The notes under the pieces are model-generated. The model had not been told where the DNA came from. It saw only the letters and a list, made by a program, of their open reading frames with translations, and searched no databases. DNA of 64,000 bases. It comes from Betaproteobacteria bacterium (GTDB lineage Bacteria; Pseudomonadota; Gammaproteobacteria; Burkholderiales; SG8-39). Shown here one piece after another: positions 43,013 to 54,239 of the stretch. A program made the translations under genes and the position numbers. Location: NCBI GenBank assembly GCA_029883975.1, contig JAOUIL010000001.1, positions 1,255-65,254 of the forward strand. Reading direction: 5' to 3'. The first letter of the stretch is position 1. Every line of letters starts with the position of its first letter.

Positions 43013-43756
43013 GCCGCTGCTCGCCGCGCGCGGCGTGAGCGTGCGCTTCGGCGGCCTGGTGGCCGTGGACGGCGTGGACCTCGACGTGCGCGCCGGCGAG
43101 CTCGTCGGCATCATCGGGCCGAACGGCGCCGGCAAGACCACTTTCTTCCACACGCTCTCGGGGGTGCTCGCACCCACGGCGGGGCGCGTGCTTGTGGGCG
43201 GCGACGACCTCACCGGCAAGCCGCCGCACGCCTACGCCGCGCACGGCGTGGCGCGCACCTTCCAGACGCCGCGCGTCTTCAAGGAGATGCCGGCGATCGA
43301 CAACGTGCGCTTCGGGCTGGAATTCGCCGGCCGCACGCGGCAACATGCGCACGATGCTTTCGACGAGGCGGAGACCATCCTCGAGTTCCTCGGCCTGGCC
43401 GACGTGGCCGCGGTGCCGGCGGGCGGCCTGACGCCGTCCCGGCAGCGGCTGCTGGAGATCGGCATGGCGCTCGGCGCGCGCCCGCGCGTGCTGCTGCTCG
43501 ACGAAGTGGCCGCCGGGCTCACGCATGCCGAAGTGGACGCCAGCGCGCAGCTCATCCGCCGCGTGCGCGACGAGCTGGGCCTCGCGGTCGTCTGGATCGA
43601 GCACGCCGTGCGCGTGCTCATGAACTACGTGGAGCGCGTCGCCGTGCTGCACCAGGGCAGGAAGATCGCCGACGGCGATCCGCGCGCGGTGGCCAAGGAC
43701 CCGGCGGTGGTCGAGGCCTACCTCGGCGAGGAAGGCGAGCCCGAAAGGAGGGCGGC

Positions 43757-43760
<4 letters not shown>
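43005..43760 (+). CDS. livG: ABC transporter ATP-binding protein (LivG family)
   Basis: Walker A GPNGAGKTT, Q-loop, Walker B LLLDEVAAGL, and C-terminal ..PAVVEAYLG. Confidence 0.85.
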
Positions 43761-44500
<740 letters not shown>

Positions 44501-45982
44501 ATGGCCGAGAAGCAGACCACGGCGGTGACCATCGCCGCCGAGAACGCCTGGAAGGGCAAGGTGTTCACCGGCCGCTGGCAGATGGCGAAAGGCGGCACGC
44601 GCGAGGTGATCGAGCCCGCGACCGGCAAGGTGCTCACCGAGGTCGGCTTCGCCGACGCCGAGGACGTGGCCGAGGCCGCGCGCACCGCGGCCATGGCGCA
44701 GCCCGAGTGGGCCAGCACGCCTGCCGACCAGCGCGCGGCGGTGCTGCGGCGCGCCGCGCAGCTGCTGGAAGCGCACGCGGAGTCGATGCGTGGATGGATC
44801 GTGCGCGAGACGGGATCGATCCCGCCGAAGGCGGATTTCGAGCTGCACATGGTCACCGGCATCCTGCTGGAAGCCGCGGCGATCGCCACGCAGCCTCCGG
44901 GCATGATGCTGCCCTCGGGGCCCAAGCGCATGAGCTTCGCGCGGCGCGTGCCGCACGGCGTGGTCGGCGTGATCTCGCCGTTCAACGCGCCGCTCATCCT
45001 CTCGGCGCGCGCCGTGGCGCCGGCGCTGGCGCTCGGCAACGCCGTGGTGCTCAAGCCCGATCCAAATACGCCCGTCACCGGCGGCTTCATGCTTGCGCGC
45101 CTGTTCGAGGCCGCCGGGCTGCCGGCCGGGCTGCTCCACGTGCTCCCGGGCGATGCGGCGGTGGGCGAGGCGATGATCAAGGATCCGAACATCGCGATGA
45201 TCTCGTTCACCGGATCGACGGCCGCCGGCAAGCGCGTCGGCCAGCTTGCGAGCGAGCACCTGAAGCGCGTGACGCTCGAGCTCGGCGGCAAGAACTCCAC
45301 GATCGTGCTCGACGACGCCGACCTCGACGTCGCGGCCTCGAGCGCCGCCTGGGGCGCCTACCTGCACCAGGGGCAGATCTGCATGGCCACCGGCACCGTG
45401 CTCGCGCAGCGGAAGATCGCGCGCGACCTCACCGAGCGCCTCGTCGCCAAGGCGAAGCACCTGCCGGTGGGCGATCCGAGCGCCGGGCCGTGCGCGCTGG
45501 GACCGATCATCAACGGCCGGCAGATCGAGAGGATCGACGGCATCGTCAAGGACGCCGTGGCGAAGGGAGCCGTGCTGCGCGCGGGCGGGACCTACGACAA
45601 GCTGTTCTACAAGCCCACGGTGCTCGAGGGCGTGCGCCCCGACATGCGCGTCTATACCGAGGAGGTGTTCGGCCCGGTGCTGTGCGTGCTCGAGTTCGAC
45701 ACCGACGAAGAGGCGATCGCGCTCAACAACGCCACCGAGTACGGGCTGTCGACCGGCGTCATCACGCAGTCGGTCGAGCGCGCGATGAACTTCACCGCGA
45801 AGCTCAAGACCGGGATCATCCACGTGAACGACCAGACCGTGGCCGACGAGCCGTGGGTGCCCTTCGGCGGGCGCGGCGCCTCAGGCAACGGCGGGCGCCA
45901 CGGCGGCGTGGCCAACTGGGAGGAGTTCACCCAGTGGCAGTGGGTGACGATCCAGGATAAGGCGACGCCTTATCCGTTCTAG
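44501..45982 (+). CDS. NAD(P)+-dependent aldehyde dehydrogenase (benzaldehyde/vanillin-DH-like)
   Basis: Own SD (GGAGG 44489-44493, 7 nt before ATG 44501). FTGSTAAGKRVG, LELGGKN, catalytic Cys in HQGQICMA, EEVFGPV. Confidence 0.85.
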   Translation: MAEKQTTAVTIAAENAWKGKVFTGRWQMAKGGTREVIEPATGKVLTEVGFADAEDVAEAARTAAMAQPEWASTPADQRAAVLRRAAQLLEAHAESMRGWIVRETGSIPPKADFELHMVTGILLEAAAIATQPPGMMLPSGPKRMSFARRVPHGVVGVISPFNAPLILSARAVAPALALGNAVVLKPDPNTPVTGGFMLARLFEAAGLPAGLLHVLPGDAAVGEAMIKDPNIAMISFTGSTAAGKRVGQLASEHLKRVTLELGGKNSTIVLDDADLDVAASSAAWGAYLHQGQICMATGTVLAQRKIARDLTERLVAKAKHLPVGDPSAGPCALGPIINGRQIERIDGIVKDAVAKGAVLRAGGTYDKLFYKPTVLEGVRPDMRVYTEEVFGPVLCVLEFDTDEEAIALNNATEYGLSTGVITQSVERAMNFTAKLKTGIIHVNDQTVADEPWVPFGGRGASGNGGRHGGVANWEEFTQWQWVTIQDKATPYPF

Positions 45983-46762
45983 CTAGAACGTCCCCGGGAA
46001 CGCGCCGCCGTCCATCAGCACGTTCTGGCCGGTGATGTAGCCCGCGTGCACGCTGGCGAGGAAGGCGCAGGTCGCGCCGAACTCGTCGATCGTGCCGAAG
46101 CGCTTCGACGGGTTCGCGCCGGCACGCTGCTTGGCGAGCTCGGCGGCCGTCGTGCCGAGTTTCTTCGCGTTGAACTCCATGTTGCCGCGCAGCCGGTCGG
46201 TGTCGAACGGACCCGGCAGCAGGCCGTTGATGGTCACGTTGTGCTGCGCCACCTGGCGCGCGAGTCCGGCGACGAAGCCGGTCAGGCCGGTGCGCGCGCC
46301 GTTGGACAGGCCCAGCTCGGGGATCGGCATCTTCACCGCGCCCGAGGTGATGTTGATGACGCGGCCGAACTTCTTCGCGATCATGCCGTCGATCGTCGCC
46401 TTGATGAGCTCGATCGGCGTGAGCATGTTGGCGTCCACCGCCTTGATCCAGTCCTCGCGCGACCAGTTGCGGAAATCCCCTGGCGGCGGGCCGCCGGCGT
46501 TGTTCACGAGGATGTCCACGCCCGGGCAGGCGGCGAGGGCGGCCTTGCGGCCCTCCTCGGTGGTGATGTCGCCTGCCACCGTGGTGACTCTTGCGCCCGT
46601 CGCCTTGCGGATTTCCTCCGCGGTCGCCTCCAGCGCCTCCTTGCCGCGCGCGGTGATGACGACGTTCACGCCTTCGCGCGCGAGCGCCAGGGCGCAGCCC
46701 TTGCCGAGTCCCTTCGAGGCCGCGCAGACGAGCGCGGTCTTGCCCTTGATGCCGAGATCCAT
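45983..46762 (-). CDS. Short-chain dehydrogenase/reductase (SDR)
   Basis: 259 aa: TALVCAASKGLGKGCALALA, NNAG, and an S...Y-less variant region GLSNGARTGL. Its stop directly abuts the ALDH stop (TAGCTA). Confidence 0.8.
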   Translation of the reverse strand: MDLGIKGKTALVCAASKGLGKGCALALAREGVNVVITARGKEALEATAEEIRKATGARVTTVAGDITTEEGRKAALAACPGVDILVNNAGGPPPGDFRNWSREDWIKAVDANMLTPIELIKATIDGMIAKKFGRVINITSGAVKMPIPELGLSNGARTGLTGFVAGLARQVAQHNVTINGLLPGPFDTDRLRGNMEFNAKKLGTTAAELAKQRAGANPSKRFGTIDEFGATCAFLASVHAGYITGQNVLMDGGAFPGTF

Positions 46763-46767
46763 GATGT

Positions 46768-47664
46768 CTAGCCTTTCTTCAGGGTCACCAGAAGGACGCC
46801 GCTGATCACCAGCGCGCCGCCCATGAGCTGCAGGGGCGTGAGCGTACCATCCAGCAGCCCGAAATCCGCGAGCACCGTGGTCACCGGCCCGAGCGCGCCG
46901 ATGAGCGCGAAGTGGTTCGCGCCGATGCGCTTGAGCGCCTCGGCGACCAGGAACACCGGCAGCACGGTGCAAGCGGTAGCCAGCAGGATTGCGTAGGCCC
47001 AGAACTCGCCAGGGAGCTCGAGCGCGGCCGGGGTCTCGAGCAGCGCGAACTGCACGACCGCCGGGACCGTGGACACCATCATGGTGTACGCGGTGAAGCG
47101 CATCGAGCCGACGCGCTTCACCAGCTGGCTGCCGGTGACCAGGTAGACCGCATAGCTCATCGCCGAGCCGAAGACGAGCGCCGCGCCGAGCAGGAACTGG
47201 CGATGCTCGGGCGACACGCCGAGACTGTGCGCAAGGACCAGCGCGATGCCCGCGTAGGTGAGCGCGAGCGCCGCGAGCTCGCGCCGCGTCGGCCGCCGGG
47301 CGAGGAACAGCGCCGACAGGATCACGACCAGCGTCGGGTACAGGAACATGATGAGCCGCCCCAGGCCCGCGGAGACGTACTGCAGGCCGAGGAAGTCGAG
47401 CAGGCTCGCGAGGTAGTAGCCGAGCAAGCCGAGCGCGACGATGCCGGCCCAGTCGTGCCGCGCGAGCGGCGGCTCGCGGCGCAGCCACCAGGCGACCGCC
47501 GCGAAGAAGGGCAGCGACAGCGTCATACGCAGGAAGAGCAGCGTCGTCGCGCTGACCGGCGCCGCTTCGTAGCCGAGCTTGATGAGCACCGGCCGGAACG
47601 CGAACGCGATCGTGCCGGCGAGGGCGAACAGCATGCCCCAGCCGCGATACGCGGCCGGCGTCAA
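46768..47664 (-). CDS. EamA/DMT family transporter
   Basis: 298 aa, 10 TM, two EamA repeats. The TTG start overlaps the upstream stop (TTGA). Confidence 0.8.
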   Translation of the reverse strand: MTPAAYRGWGMLFALAGTIAFAFRPVLIKLGYEAAPVSATTLLFLRMTLSLPFFAAVAWWLRREPPLARHDWAGIVALGLLGYYLASLLDFLGLQYVSAGLGRLIMFLYPTLVVILSALFLARRPTRRELAALALTYAGIALVLAHSLGVSPEHRQFLLGAALVFGSAMSYAVYLVTGSQLVKRVGSMRFTAYTMMVSTVPAVVQFALLETPAALELPGEFWAYAILLATACTVLPVFLVAEALKRIGANHFALIGALGPVTTVLADFGLLDGTLTPLQLMGGALVISGVLLVTLKKG

Positions 47665-49148
47665 CGGCGCTTGCCGCCGAGCAGCGAGCCGAGCACGCCG
47701 CGAATGAGCTCGCGGCCGACCTGCGAGCCGACCGTGCGCGCGGCGCTCTTCGCCATGGCTTCCAGCAGGCCCTGCGACTGGCGGCCGCCGCGCGGCCCGG
47801 TCTTGCCGAACAGGATGTCCGAGGCGAGGCTCGATTCCTTGGGCTGCTGCGCGGCGGCGGTCTCCTGCGCGACCTGCTCGGCGCGCGCCTTGAGCTTCTC
47901 GTACGCGGACTCGCGGTCCACGGCCTTCTCGTAGTGCCCCGCGACTGGCGAGGCCGCGATCGCCGCCTTGCGCTCGGCCTCCGTGAGCGGCCCGAGCTGG
48001 CTGCCGGGCGGCACGACGAAGGCACGCTCGGTGATTCCCGGGCGGCCCTTGTCGTCCAGCAGGCTCACCAGCGCCTCGCCCACGCCGAGCTCGGTGATCG
48101 CCTGCCCGATCTTGAGCTTCGGATTGGGGCGCATCGTCTCGGCGGCCGACTTGACCGCCTTCTGGTCCTTCGGCGTGAAGGCGCGCAGCGCGTGCTGCAC
48201 GCGGTTACCGAGCTGCCCGAGCACCGATTCGGGAATGTCGAGCGGGTTCTGCGTCACGAAGTACACGCCCACGCCCTTGGAGCGGATGAGGCGCACCACC
48301 TGCTCGACCTTGTCGAGCAGCGCCCTGGGCGCGTCGTCGAACAGCAGGTGCGCCTCGTCGAAGAAGAAGACGAGCCTGGGCTTTTCCACGTCGCCGACTT
48401 CGGGCAGCCGCTCGAACAGCTCCGCCAGCATCCACAGCAGGAACGTGCCGTAGAGCTTGGGCGAATTCATCAGCTGGTCGGCGCCGAGGATGTTCACCAC
48501 GCCCTTGCCGCCCTCGACCTGCATCAGGTCGGCGATGTCGAGCATCGGCTCGCCGAAGAACCGGTCCGCGCCCTGCGTTTCCAGCGCCAGCAGCCCGCGC
48601 TGGATGGCGCCGACCGATGCCGCGGACACGTTGCCGTACTCCGTGGTGAACTTCGCCGCGTTCTCGCCGACGAACTGCAGCATGGCGCGCAGGTCCTTCG
48701 CGTCCAGCAGCAGCAGCCCGGCGTCGTCCGCGATCTTGAACACCAGGTTCAGCACGCCTTCCTGCGTGTCGTTCAGGCCGAGCATGCGGGCAAGCAGCAA
48801 CGGTCCCATGTCCGAGATGGTGGCCCGCACCGGGTGGCCGGAATTCGCGAACACGTCCCAGAACACCACCGGGCAGGCCTCGTGCCTGAGCGCCAGCTTG
48901 AGCAGCTTCGCGCGCTCCGCGACCTTGGCATTCCCGCCGCCGGGCTTGCCCATGCCGGAAAGGTCGCCTTTCACGTCGGCGAGGAACACCGGCACGCCGA
49001 TGCGCGAGAACTGCTCGGCGAGCGTCTGCAGGGTGACCGTCTTGCCCGTGCCCGTCGCGCCGGTGATCAGGCCGTGGCGGTTGGCGAGCGCGGGGAGCAG
49101 CAGGAGGTCGGCGCTGCCGCTTTTCGCGACGAGAAGGGGAGTGGCCAT
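47661..49148 (-). CDS. HerA-like P-loop ATPase (DUF853 / YjgR family)
   Basis: 495 aa: [13 protein letters not shown] (Walker A), [11 protein letters not shown] (Walker B). Confidence 0.8.
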   Translation of the reverse strand: MATPLLVAKSGSADLLLLPALANRHGLITGATGTGKTVTLQTLAEQFSRIGVPVFLADVKGDLSGMGKPGGGNAKVAERAKLLKLALRHEACPVVFWDVFANSGHPVRATISDMGPLLLARMLGLNDTQEGVLNLVFKIADDAGLLLLDAKDLRAMLQFVGENAAKFTTEYGNVSAASVGAIQRGLLALETQGADRFFGEPMLDIADLMQVEGGKGVVNILGADQLMNSPKLYGTFLLWMLAELFERLPEVGDVEKPRLVFFFDEAHLLFDDAPRALLDKVEQVVRLIRSKGVGVYFVTQNPLDIPESVLGQLGNRVQHALRAFTPKDQKAVKSAAETMRPNPKLKIGQAITELGVGEALVSLLDDKGRPGITERAFVVPPGSQLGPLTEAERKAAIAASPVAGHYEKAVDRESAYEKLKARAEQVAQETAAAQQPKESSLASDILFGKTGPRGGRQSQGLLEAMAKSAARTVGSQVGRELIRGVLGSLLGGKRR

Positions 49149-49152
49149 GACG

Positions 49153-49158
49153 TAAAAT
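49153..49158 (+). promoter_or_regulatory. -10-like TAAAAT, 6 nt before the yebC ATG
   Basis: TAAAAT-tatggc-ATG(49165). The divergent spacer is 16 bp with no SD. Confidence 0.4.
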
Positions 49159-49162
49159 TATG
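49157..49162 (-). promoter_or_regulatory. -10-like CATAAT (minus strand), 8 nt before the DUF853 ATG; overlaps the yebC -10
   Basis: The minus strand reads CATAAT-tttacgtc-ATG(49148). Confidence 0.3.
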
Positions 49163-49164
49163 GC

Positions 49165-49893
49165 ATGGCCGGACACAGCAAATGGGCGAACATCAAGCAC
49201 CGCAAGGCCGCGGCGGATGCGAAGAAGGGCAAGGTGTTCACGCGGCTCATCAAGGAAATCACGGTGGCGGCCCGCATGGGCGGCGCCGACCCGGACATGA
49301 ACCCGCGCCTGCGCCTGGCGATGGACAAGGGCCGCGAGGCCAACATGGCGAAGGACAGCGTGCAGAACGCGATCAAGCGCGGCAGCGGCCAGCTGGAGGG
49401 CGTGTCGTACGAGGAGGCGCGCTACGAGGGCTACGGCCCGGGCGGCGCGGCGGTGATCGTGGATTGCCTGACCGACAACCGCACGCGCACGGTCGCCGAA
49501 GTGCGCCATGCCTTCACCAAGAACGGCGGCAACCTGGGCTCCGACGGCTCGGTGAGCTACCTCTTCAAGCACTGCGGGCAGTTCGTGTTCGCGCCCGGCG
49601 CGAGCGAGGAGAAGGTCATGGACGCGGCGCTGGAAGCGGGCGCCGAGGACGTGGTGGCGAACGACGATGGCTCGATCGAGGTGCTGTGCGCGCCCAACGA
49701 CTTCCATGCGGTGCAGGCCGCGCTGCAGAAGGCCGGGCTCAAGCCCGAGCTGGCCGAAGTGACCATGAAGCCGCTGAACGAAGTCGTGCTCGCCGGCGGC
49801 GAGGCGCAGCGCATGCGCAGCCTGCTCGACGCGCTGGAGAGCCTCGACGACGCGCAGGACGTGTACACCACCGCGGTGCTGGAAGACGCGTGA
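49165..49893 (+). CDS. yebC: YebC/PmpR family DNA-binding transcriptional regulator
   Basis: [26 protein letters not shown]... is the canonical family N-terminus. 242 aa. Confidence 0.93.
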   Translation: MAGHSKWANIKHRKAAADAKKGKVFTRLIKEITVAARMGGADPDMNPRLRLAMDKGREANMAKDSVQNAIKRGSGQLEGVSYEEARYEGYGPGGAAVIVDCLTDNRTRTVAEVRHAFTKNGGNLGSDGSVSYLFKHCGQFVFAPGASEEKVMDAALEAGAEDVVANDDGSIEVLCAPNDFHAVQAALQKAGLKPELAEVTMKPLNEVVLAGGEAQRMRSLLDALESLDDAQDVYTTAVLEDA

Positions 49894-50405
49894 GGATCCT
49901 GGGCATCGACCCCGGCTTGCAGGTCACCGGGTTCGGTGTCATCGACACGCAGGGCATGCGCCTCGCCTACGTCGCGAGCGGCTGCGTGCGCTCGGGCCGC
50001 GGCGAGCTGGCCGAGCGCCTCGCGACGCTGCTCGCGGGGCTGCGCGAGGTGATCGCCGTGCACCGGCCGCAGCAGGCGGTGATCGAGAAGGTGTTCGTCA
50101 ACGTGAATCCCCAGTCCACGCTCGCGCTCGGCCAGGCGCGCGGCGCGGCGATCTGCGCCGCCGTGCTCGCGGGGCTGCCGGTCGCCGAGTACACTGCCCT
50201 GCAGGTGAAGAAATCAGTGGTCGGCAACGGCCACGCGAAGAAGGAGCAGGTCCAGCACATGGTGCGGCGTTTGCTCTCGCTGCCCGGGGCGCCCGGCACC
50301 GATGCGGCGGACGCGCTCGCCTGCGCCATCTGCCATGCGCACGGCGAGCGCCTCGGGCGGCTGCCGATGCGCGGGTTGCGCATGCGCCGCGGCAGGCTCG
50401 CATGA
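49890..50405 (+). CDS. ruvC: Crossover junction endodeoxyribonuclease RuvC
   Basis: The GTG overlaps the yebC stop (GTGA). (M)[18 protein letters not shown]...EKVFVN.N..S...LGQARG...DAADALA.A.CH. Confidence 0.92.
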   Translation: MRILGIDPGLQVTGFGVIDTQGMRLAYVASGCVRSGRGELAERLATLLAGLREVIAVHRPQQAVIEKVFVNVNPQSTLALGQARGAAICAAVLAGLPVAEYTALQVKKSVVGNGHAKKEQVQHMVRRLLSLPGAPGTDAADALACAICHAHGERLGRLPMRGLRMRRGRLA

Positions 50406-50962
50406 TCGGCCGGCTGTCGGGCAAGCTCGCCGCCAAGCACCCGCCGCAGGTGATGGTCGATTGCAACGGCGTGGCCTACGAGCTCGACGTGCCGATGAGC
50501 ACCTTCTACAATCTGCCCGCCACCGGCGAGCCGGTCACGCTGCACACGCACCTCGTGGTGCGCGAGGACGCGCAGTCGCTCTACGGCTTCGGCACGCTGG
50601 AGGAGCGCGCCGCGTTCCGGCAGCTGATCCGCATCGCGGGCGTGGGCGCGCGCACGGCGCTCGCCGTGCTCTCCGGCCTGTCGGTGGCCGAGCTCGCCCA
50701 GGCGGTGGCGCTGCAGGAATCCGCGCGGCTGACCAAGATTCCCGGCATCGGCAAGAAGACCGCCGAGCGGCTGCTGCTCGAGCTGAAGGGCAAGCTCGCG
50801 GAGGCCAGGCCCGCGGGCGGCGGCGCGGGCGACGTGCAGAATGCGCTGCTGGCGCTCGGCTACAGCGAGAAGGAGGCGCTCGCCGCCACGCGCGGGCTCG
50901 CGCCGGGGACTTCCGTCACGGAGGGCATCCGCGCCGCGCTCAAGGCGCTGGCGAAGTCCTGA
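50402..50962 (+). CDS. ruvA: Holliday junction branch migration complex subunit RuvA
   Basis: ATGA overlap with ruv[10 protein letters not shown]...GVAYEL.V...T...L......L.TH..VRED...LYGF; Hh[13 protein letters not shown]. Confidence 0.93.
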   Translation: MIGRLSGKLAAKHPPQVMVDCNGVAYELDVPMSTFYNLPATGEPVTLHTHLVVREDAQSLYGFGTLEERAAFRQLIRIAGVGARTALAVLSGLSVAELAQAVALQESARLTKIPGIGKKTAERLLLELKGKLAEARPAGGGAGDVQNALLALGYSEKEALAATRGLAPGTSVTEGIRAALKALAKS

Positions 50963-50965
50963 GCC

Positions 50966-51565
50966 TCAGAAGCGGACGACTGCGTTGATCGACCAGAGGT
51001 CGGAACGCGTCCCGTTGCCGTTGTCGCCCTCGAGCCTGCCGAAGTTGTTGTAATCGACGCGCAGGCCGAGCCAGGAGCTGTAATCGTACTGCCCGCCGAA
51101 GCCCCACAGGACCGTCGAGCGGTAGCGCGGCAGCGCAGAGCCGATCCCCTGCCCCTGCGCGCCCGCGCCCAGACCCGGCGCGGACAGCGTCGCGTCGGGC
51201 GTGGCCATGGACCATCCGAGGCGGCCCTGGAGCGAGAACGCCTCGCCGATCGGCAGCACGCCCGTGCCGGCGAGCGTCCAGGCGCTCGTCTGGTAGCCGT
51301 ACTTCTCCTGCAGCTGGGCGCCGGCTTCCGCTGCGCCTTGGCCGCGGCCGAGGTCCGAATAGCCGACCTCCACGCCCCAGTGCCGGCTGAACCGGTAGCC
51401 GCCGAAATTCCGGTAGCCGATGTCGGTGTCTTCGTTCGCCGGCGTGGGCGGCCGGATGCCGCCGCCGAGATACCAGCCCTGGTCCGTGGCGGGTCCTTGC
51501 GCGAGCGCGTGCGGCAGGGGAAGCGCGGCACCGAGCGCGATAGCCAGGAGGCGCGGGGAGATCAT
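50966..51565 (-). CDS. Small outer-membrane beta-barrel protein (OmpA-N/OMP_b-brl-like)
   Basis: ATG 51565 and signal peptide ...[10 protein letters not shown]. Alternating aromatic/Gly beta-strand pattern with a C-terminal ...INAVVRF (terminal Phe). The rest of track ORF 50966..52621 is antisense to ruvB and rejected. Confidence 0.7.
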   Translation of the reverse strand: MISPRLLAIALGAALPLPHALAQGPATDQGWYLGGGIRPPTPANEDTDIGYRNFGGYRFSRHWGVEVGYSDLGRGQGAAEAGAQLQEKYGYQTSAWTLAGTGVLPIGEAFSLQGRLGWSMATPDATLSAPGLGAGAQGQGIGSALPRYRSTVLWGFGGQYDYSSWLGLRVDYNNFGRLEGDNGNGTRSDLWSINAVVRF

Positions 51566-51572
51566 TGCTGCA

Positions 51573-51578
51573 ATGCTA
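51573..51578 (-). promoter_or_regulatory. -10-like TAGCAT (minus strand), 7 nt before the OMP ATG
   Basis: The minus strand reads TAGCAT-tgcagca-ATG(51565). Confidence 0.3.
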
Positions 51579-51622
51579 GGCCCGCAGGGCGTGCGATTCA
51601 AGGGCAAATGCTCCGGCTCTGG

Positions 51623-51628
51623 CAGAAT
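51623..51628 (+). promoter_or_regulatory. -10-like CAGAAT, 6 nt before the ruvB ATG
   Basis: CAGAAT-tcgcac-ATG(51635). No SD. Confidence 0.3.
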
Positions 51629-51634
51629 TCGCAC

Positions 51635-52684
51635 ATGTCCATCGAAACCGACCGCCTGATCGCCGCCGCGCCCGCCTCCGGCGAGGAGGAAGCGTTCCAG
51701 CGGTCGTTGCGGCCGGCACGCCTCGCCGATTACGTGGGCCAGGCGAAGGCGCGCGGCCAGCTGGAAATCTTCATCGAGGCCGCGCGCGGCCGCAGCGAGG
51801 CGCTCGACCACGTGCTGCTGTACGGGCCGCCGGGGCTGGGCAAGACCACGCTGGCGCACATCATCGCGCGCGAGATGGGCGTCAATCTGCGCCAGACCTC
51901 GGGCCCGGTGCTCGAGCGTCCGGGCGACCTCGCGGCGCTGCTCACCAATCTCGAGCCGCGCGATGTGCTGTTCATCGACGAGATCCATCGCCTGTCGCCG
52001 GTGGTGGAGGAGATCCTCTATCCGGCGCTCGAGGACTACCAGATCGACATCATGATCGGCGAGGGGCCGTCGGCGCGCTCGATCAAGCTCGACCTGCCGC
52101 CCTTCACGCTGGTCGGCGCGACTACGCGCGCCGGCATGCTGACCAATCCCCTGCGCGACCGCTTCGGCATCGTGGCGCGGCTGGAGTTCTACGCCGAGAC
52201 CGAGCTGGCGGCGATCCTGCGCCGCTCGGCCGGGCTGCTGGGCGTCGTGCTCGCCGAGGAAGGCGGCGCCGAGATCGCGCGGCGCGCGCGCGGCACGCCG
52301 CGCGTCGCCAACCGGCTGCTGCGCCGCGTGCGCGATTTCGCGCAGGTGCGCGCGGAAGGCGTCGTCTCGGCGAGCGTCGCCCGCAACGCGCTCGGCATGC
52401 TGGACGTCGACGTGCTCGGCCTGGACGTGATGGACCGCAAGCTGCTGCTCGCGGTGATCGAGAAGTTCGGCGGCGGGCCGGTGGGCGTCGAGAACCTCGC
52501 GCACGCCATCGGCGAGGAGGCCGACACCATCGAGGACGTGCTCGAGCCCTACCTCATCCAGCAGGGCTACCTGCAGCGCACGCCGCGCGGACGGGTGGCG
52601 ACGCTCGCCGCGTACCGCCATTTCGGGCTCGCGGCGCCGTCGGGCAGAGACGACTTGCTCGCGCCGCCGCCTGGGCGCGCCTAG
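51635..52684 (+). CDS. ruvB: Holliday junction branch migration DNA helicase RuvB
   Basis: ATG 51635. LRP..L.DYVGQ...[14 protein letters not shown] (Walker A), LFIDEIHRL (Walker B), GATTR.G.L..PLRDRFG. Confidence 0.95.
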   Translation: MSIETDRLIAAAPASGEEEAFQRSLRPARLADYVGQAKARGQLEIFIEAARGRSEALDHVLLYGPPGLGKTTLAHIIAREMGVNLRQTSGPVLERPGDLAALLTNLEPRDVLFIDEIHRLSPVVEEILYPALEDYQIDIMIGEGPSARSIKLDLPPFTLVGATTRAGMLTNPLRDRFGIVARLEFYAETELAAILRRSAGLLGVVLAEEGGAEIARRARGTPRVANRLLRRVRDFAQVRAEGVVSASVARNALGMLDVDVLGLDVMDRKLLLAVIEKFGGGPVGVENLAHAIGEEADTIEDVLEPYLIQQGYLQRTPRGRVATLAAYRHFGLAAPSGRDDLLAPPPGRA

Positions 52685-52697
52685 CGCCGCGCCGGAC

Positions 52698-52703
52698 TAC
52701 AAT
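52698..52703 (+). promoter_or_regulatory. -10-like TACAAT, 6 nt before the ybgC GTG (head of the tol-pal operon)
   Basis: TACAAT-cgggcg-GTG(52710). No SD. Confidence 0.4.
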
Positions 52704-52709
52704 CGGGCG

Positions 52710-53123
52710 GTGCACAAGGATCCCGCGCGCGTGTTCGCCTGGCCGGTGCGGGTGTACTACGAGGACACCGATTTCGGCGGCGTCGTCTACTATGCCAACT
52801 ACCTGCGCTACTTCGAGCGCGCGCGCACCGAGTGGCTGCGCAGCCTGGGCGTCGACCAGCAGCGCCTGGCGGCCGAGGACGGGCTGCAGTTCGTCGTGCG
52901 GCGCGCGGAAATCGATTTCCTGCGCGGCGCGCGGCTGGACGACGCGCTGAGCATCACCGTGGAAGTCATGGAACGAAAGCACACCTACCTGCGCCTGCGG
53001 CAGTGCGCGCTGCGCGTCGAGGAACCGATGGCCGAGGCGATGGTCCAAGCCGCGTGCGTGCGCCGCGACACCTTCAAGCCCGCTCCCCTGCCCGCGGCGC
53101 TCGCCGCGCGGCTCGCCGGCTGA
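52710..53123 (+). CDS. ybgC: Tol-pal-associated acyl-CoA thioesterase YbgC (4HBT fold)
   Basis: VRVYYEDTDFGGVVYYANYLRYFERARTEWLR is the hot-dog thioesterase motif. Position before tolQ. Confidence 0.9.
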   Translation: MHKDPARVFAWPVRVYYEDTDFGGVVYYANYLRYFERARTEWLRSLGVDQQRLAAEDGLQFVVRRAEIDFLRGARLDDALSITVEVMERKHTYLRLRQCALRVEEPMAEAMVQAACVRRDTFKPAPLPAALAARLAG

Positions 53124-53127
53124 CGCG

Positions 53128-53808
53128 GTGAACGTCACCACCGACCTCGACATCTGGGTGCTCATCCTGGGCGCGAGCCCCGTGGTGAAGGGCGTGATGG
53201 CGCTGCTCGCCGTCGTGTCGTTCATGTCGTGGCTGTTCATCTTCAGCAAGTGGTTCACCATCGGCCGCGCACGCCGGCAGACCGAGCACTTCGAGCGCGA
53301 GTTCTGGGGCGGCAACGACCTGAACCTGCTCTACCAGGGCGCGGTGAACAACCGGCACACCATCGGCAGCCTGGAGCGCATCTTCGAGGCGGGCTTCCGC
53401 GAGTTCGCCAAGCTCAGGAACCAGCGCGGCACGGACCCGAGCGACATGGTGGACGGCGCGCGCCGCGCGATGCGCGCCACCTATCAGCGCGAGATGGACC
53501 GGCTCGAGCGGCGCCTCGCGTTTCTGGCCACCACCGGCTCGGTGAGCCCGTACGTGGGCCTGTTCGGCACGGTGTGGGGCATCATGCACGCCTTCCGCGG
53601 GCTGGCCAACGTGCAGCAGGCGACGCTCGCGCAGGTCGCGCCCGGCATCGCCGAGGCGCTGGTGGCCACGGCGCTGGGCCTGTTCGCCGCCATCCCGGCG
53701 GTGGTGGCGTACAACCGCTACTCGCACGACATCGACCGCATCTCGATCCGCTTCGAGAGCTTCATGGAAGAGTTCTCCAACATCCTGCACCGCCACGCCG
53801 TGAAATAG
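53128..53808 (+). CDS. tolQ: Tol-Pal system protein TolQ
   Basis: 226 aa of the MotA/TolQ/ExbB family; ...LATTGSVSPYVGLFGTVWGIM.AF... Confidence 0.93.
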   Translation: MNVTTDLDIWVLILGASPVVKGVMALLAVVSFMSWLFIFSKWFTIGRARRQTEHFEREFWGGNDLNLLYQGAVNNRHTIGSLERIFEAGFREFAKLRNQRGTDPSDMVDGARRAMRATYQREMDRLERRLAFLATTGSVSPYVGLFGTVWGIMHAFRGLANVQQATLAQVAPGIAEALVATALGLFAAIPAVVAYNRYSHDIDRISIRFESFMEEFSNILHRHAVK

Positions 53809-53810
53809 CC

Positions 53811-54239
53811 ATGCCGGCCGCCCTGCGCAAGCGCCGTCCGATGCACGACATCAACATCGTGCCGTACGTGGACGTGATGCTGGTGCTGCTCGTCATCTTC
53901 ATGGTGACCGCGCCGCTGATCACGCCGGGCGTGATCGACCTGCCCTCGGTGTCCAAGGCGTCGAACGCGCCGGCGACGCCGCTCGAGATCATCATCAAAG
54001 AGAACCGCAGCATGGTGCTGCGCGTGCGCGACAAGCACGGCGCCATCGCCGAGGAGCGCCCAGTGGCCCGCGGTGAGCTGGCGAAGCTGATTCGCGAGCG
54101 CCAGGGCAAGAACCCCGACCGGCCGGTGCTCATCGCGGCGGACAAGGACGTGCGCTACGAGGCGGTGCTCAACGTCATGGACGAGCTGCAGCGCCAGCAG
54201 GTGCGGCGAGTCGGCCTGCTGGTGCAGCCGGCGAAATGA
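53811..54239 (+). CDS. tolR: Tol-Pal system protein TolR
   Basis: ATG 53811. INIVPYVDVMLVLLVIFMVTAP is the ExbD/TolR motif with the conserved Asp. Confidence 0.92.
   Translation: MPAALRKRRPMHDINIVPYVDVMLVLLVIFMVTAPLITPGVIDLPSVSKASNAPATPLEIIIKENRSMVLRVRDKHGAIAEERPVARGELAKLIRERQGKNPDRPVLIAADKDVRYEAVLNVMDELQRQQVRRVGLLVQPAK

Noticed and set aside
51600-51634. Sigma-54-like TGGCAG...GCA upstream of ruvB, and a similar GG/GC pair near 63360-63385
   Set aside because: The spacing between the GG and GC dinucleotides is not the required 10 nt, so these are not credible -24/-12 promoters.
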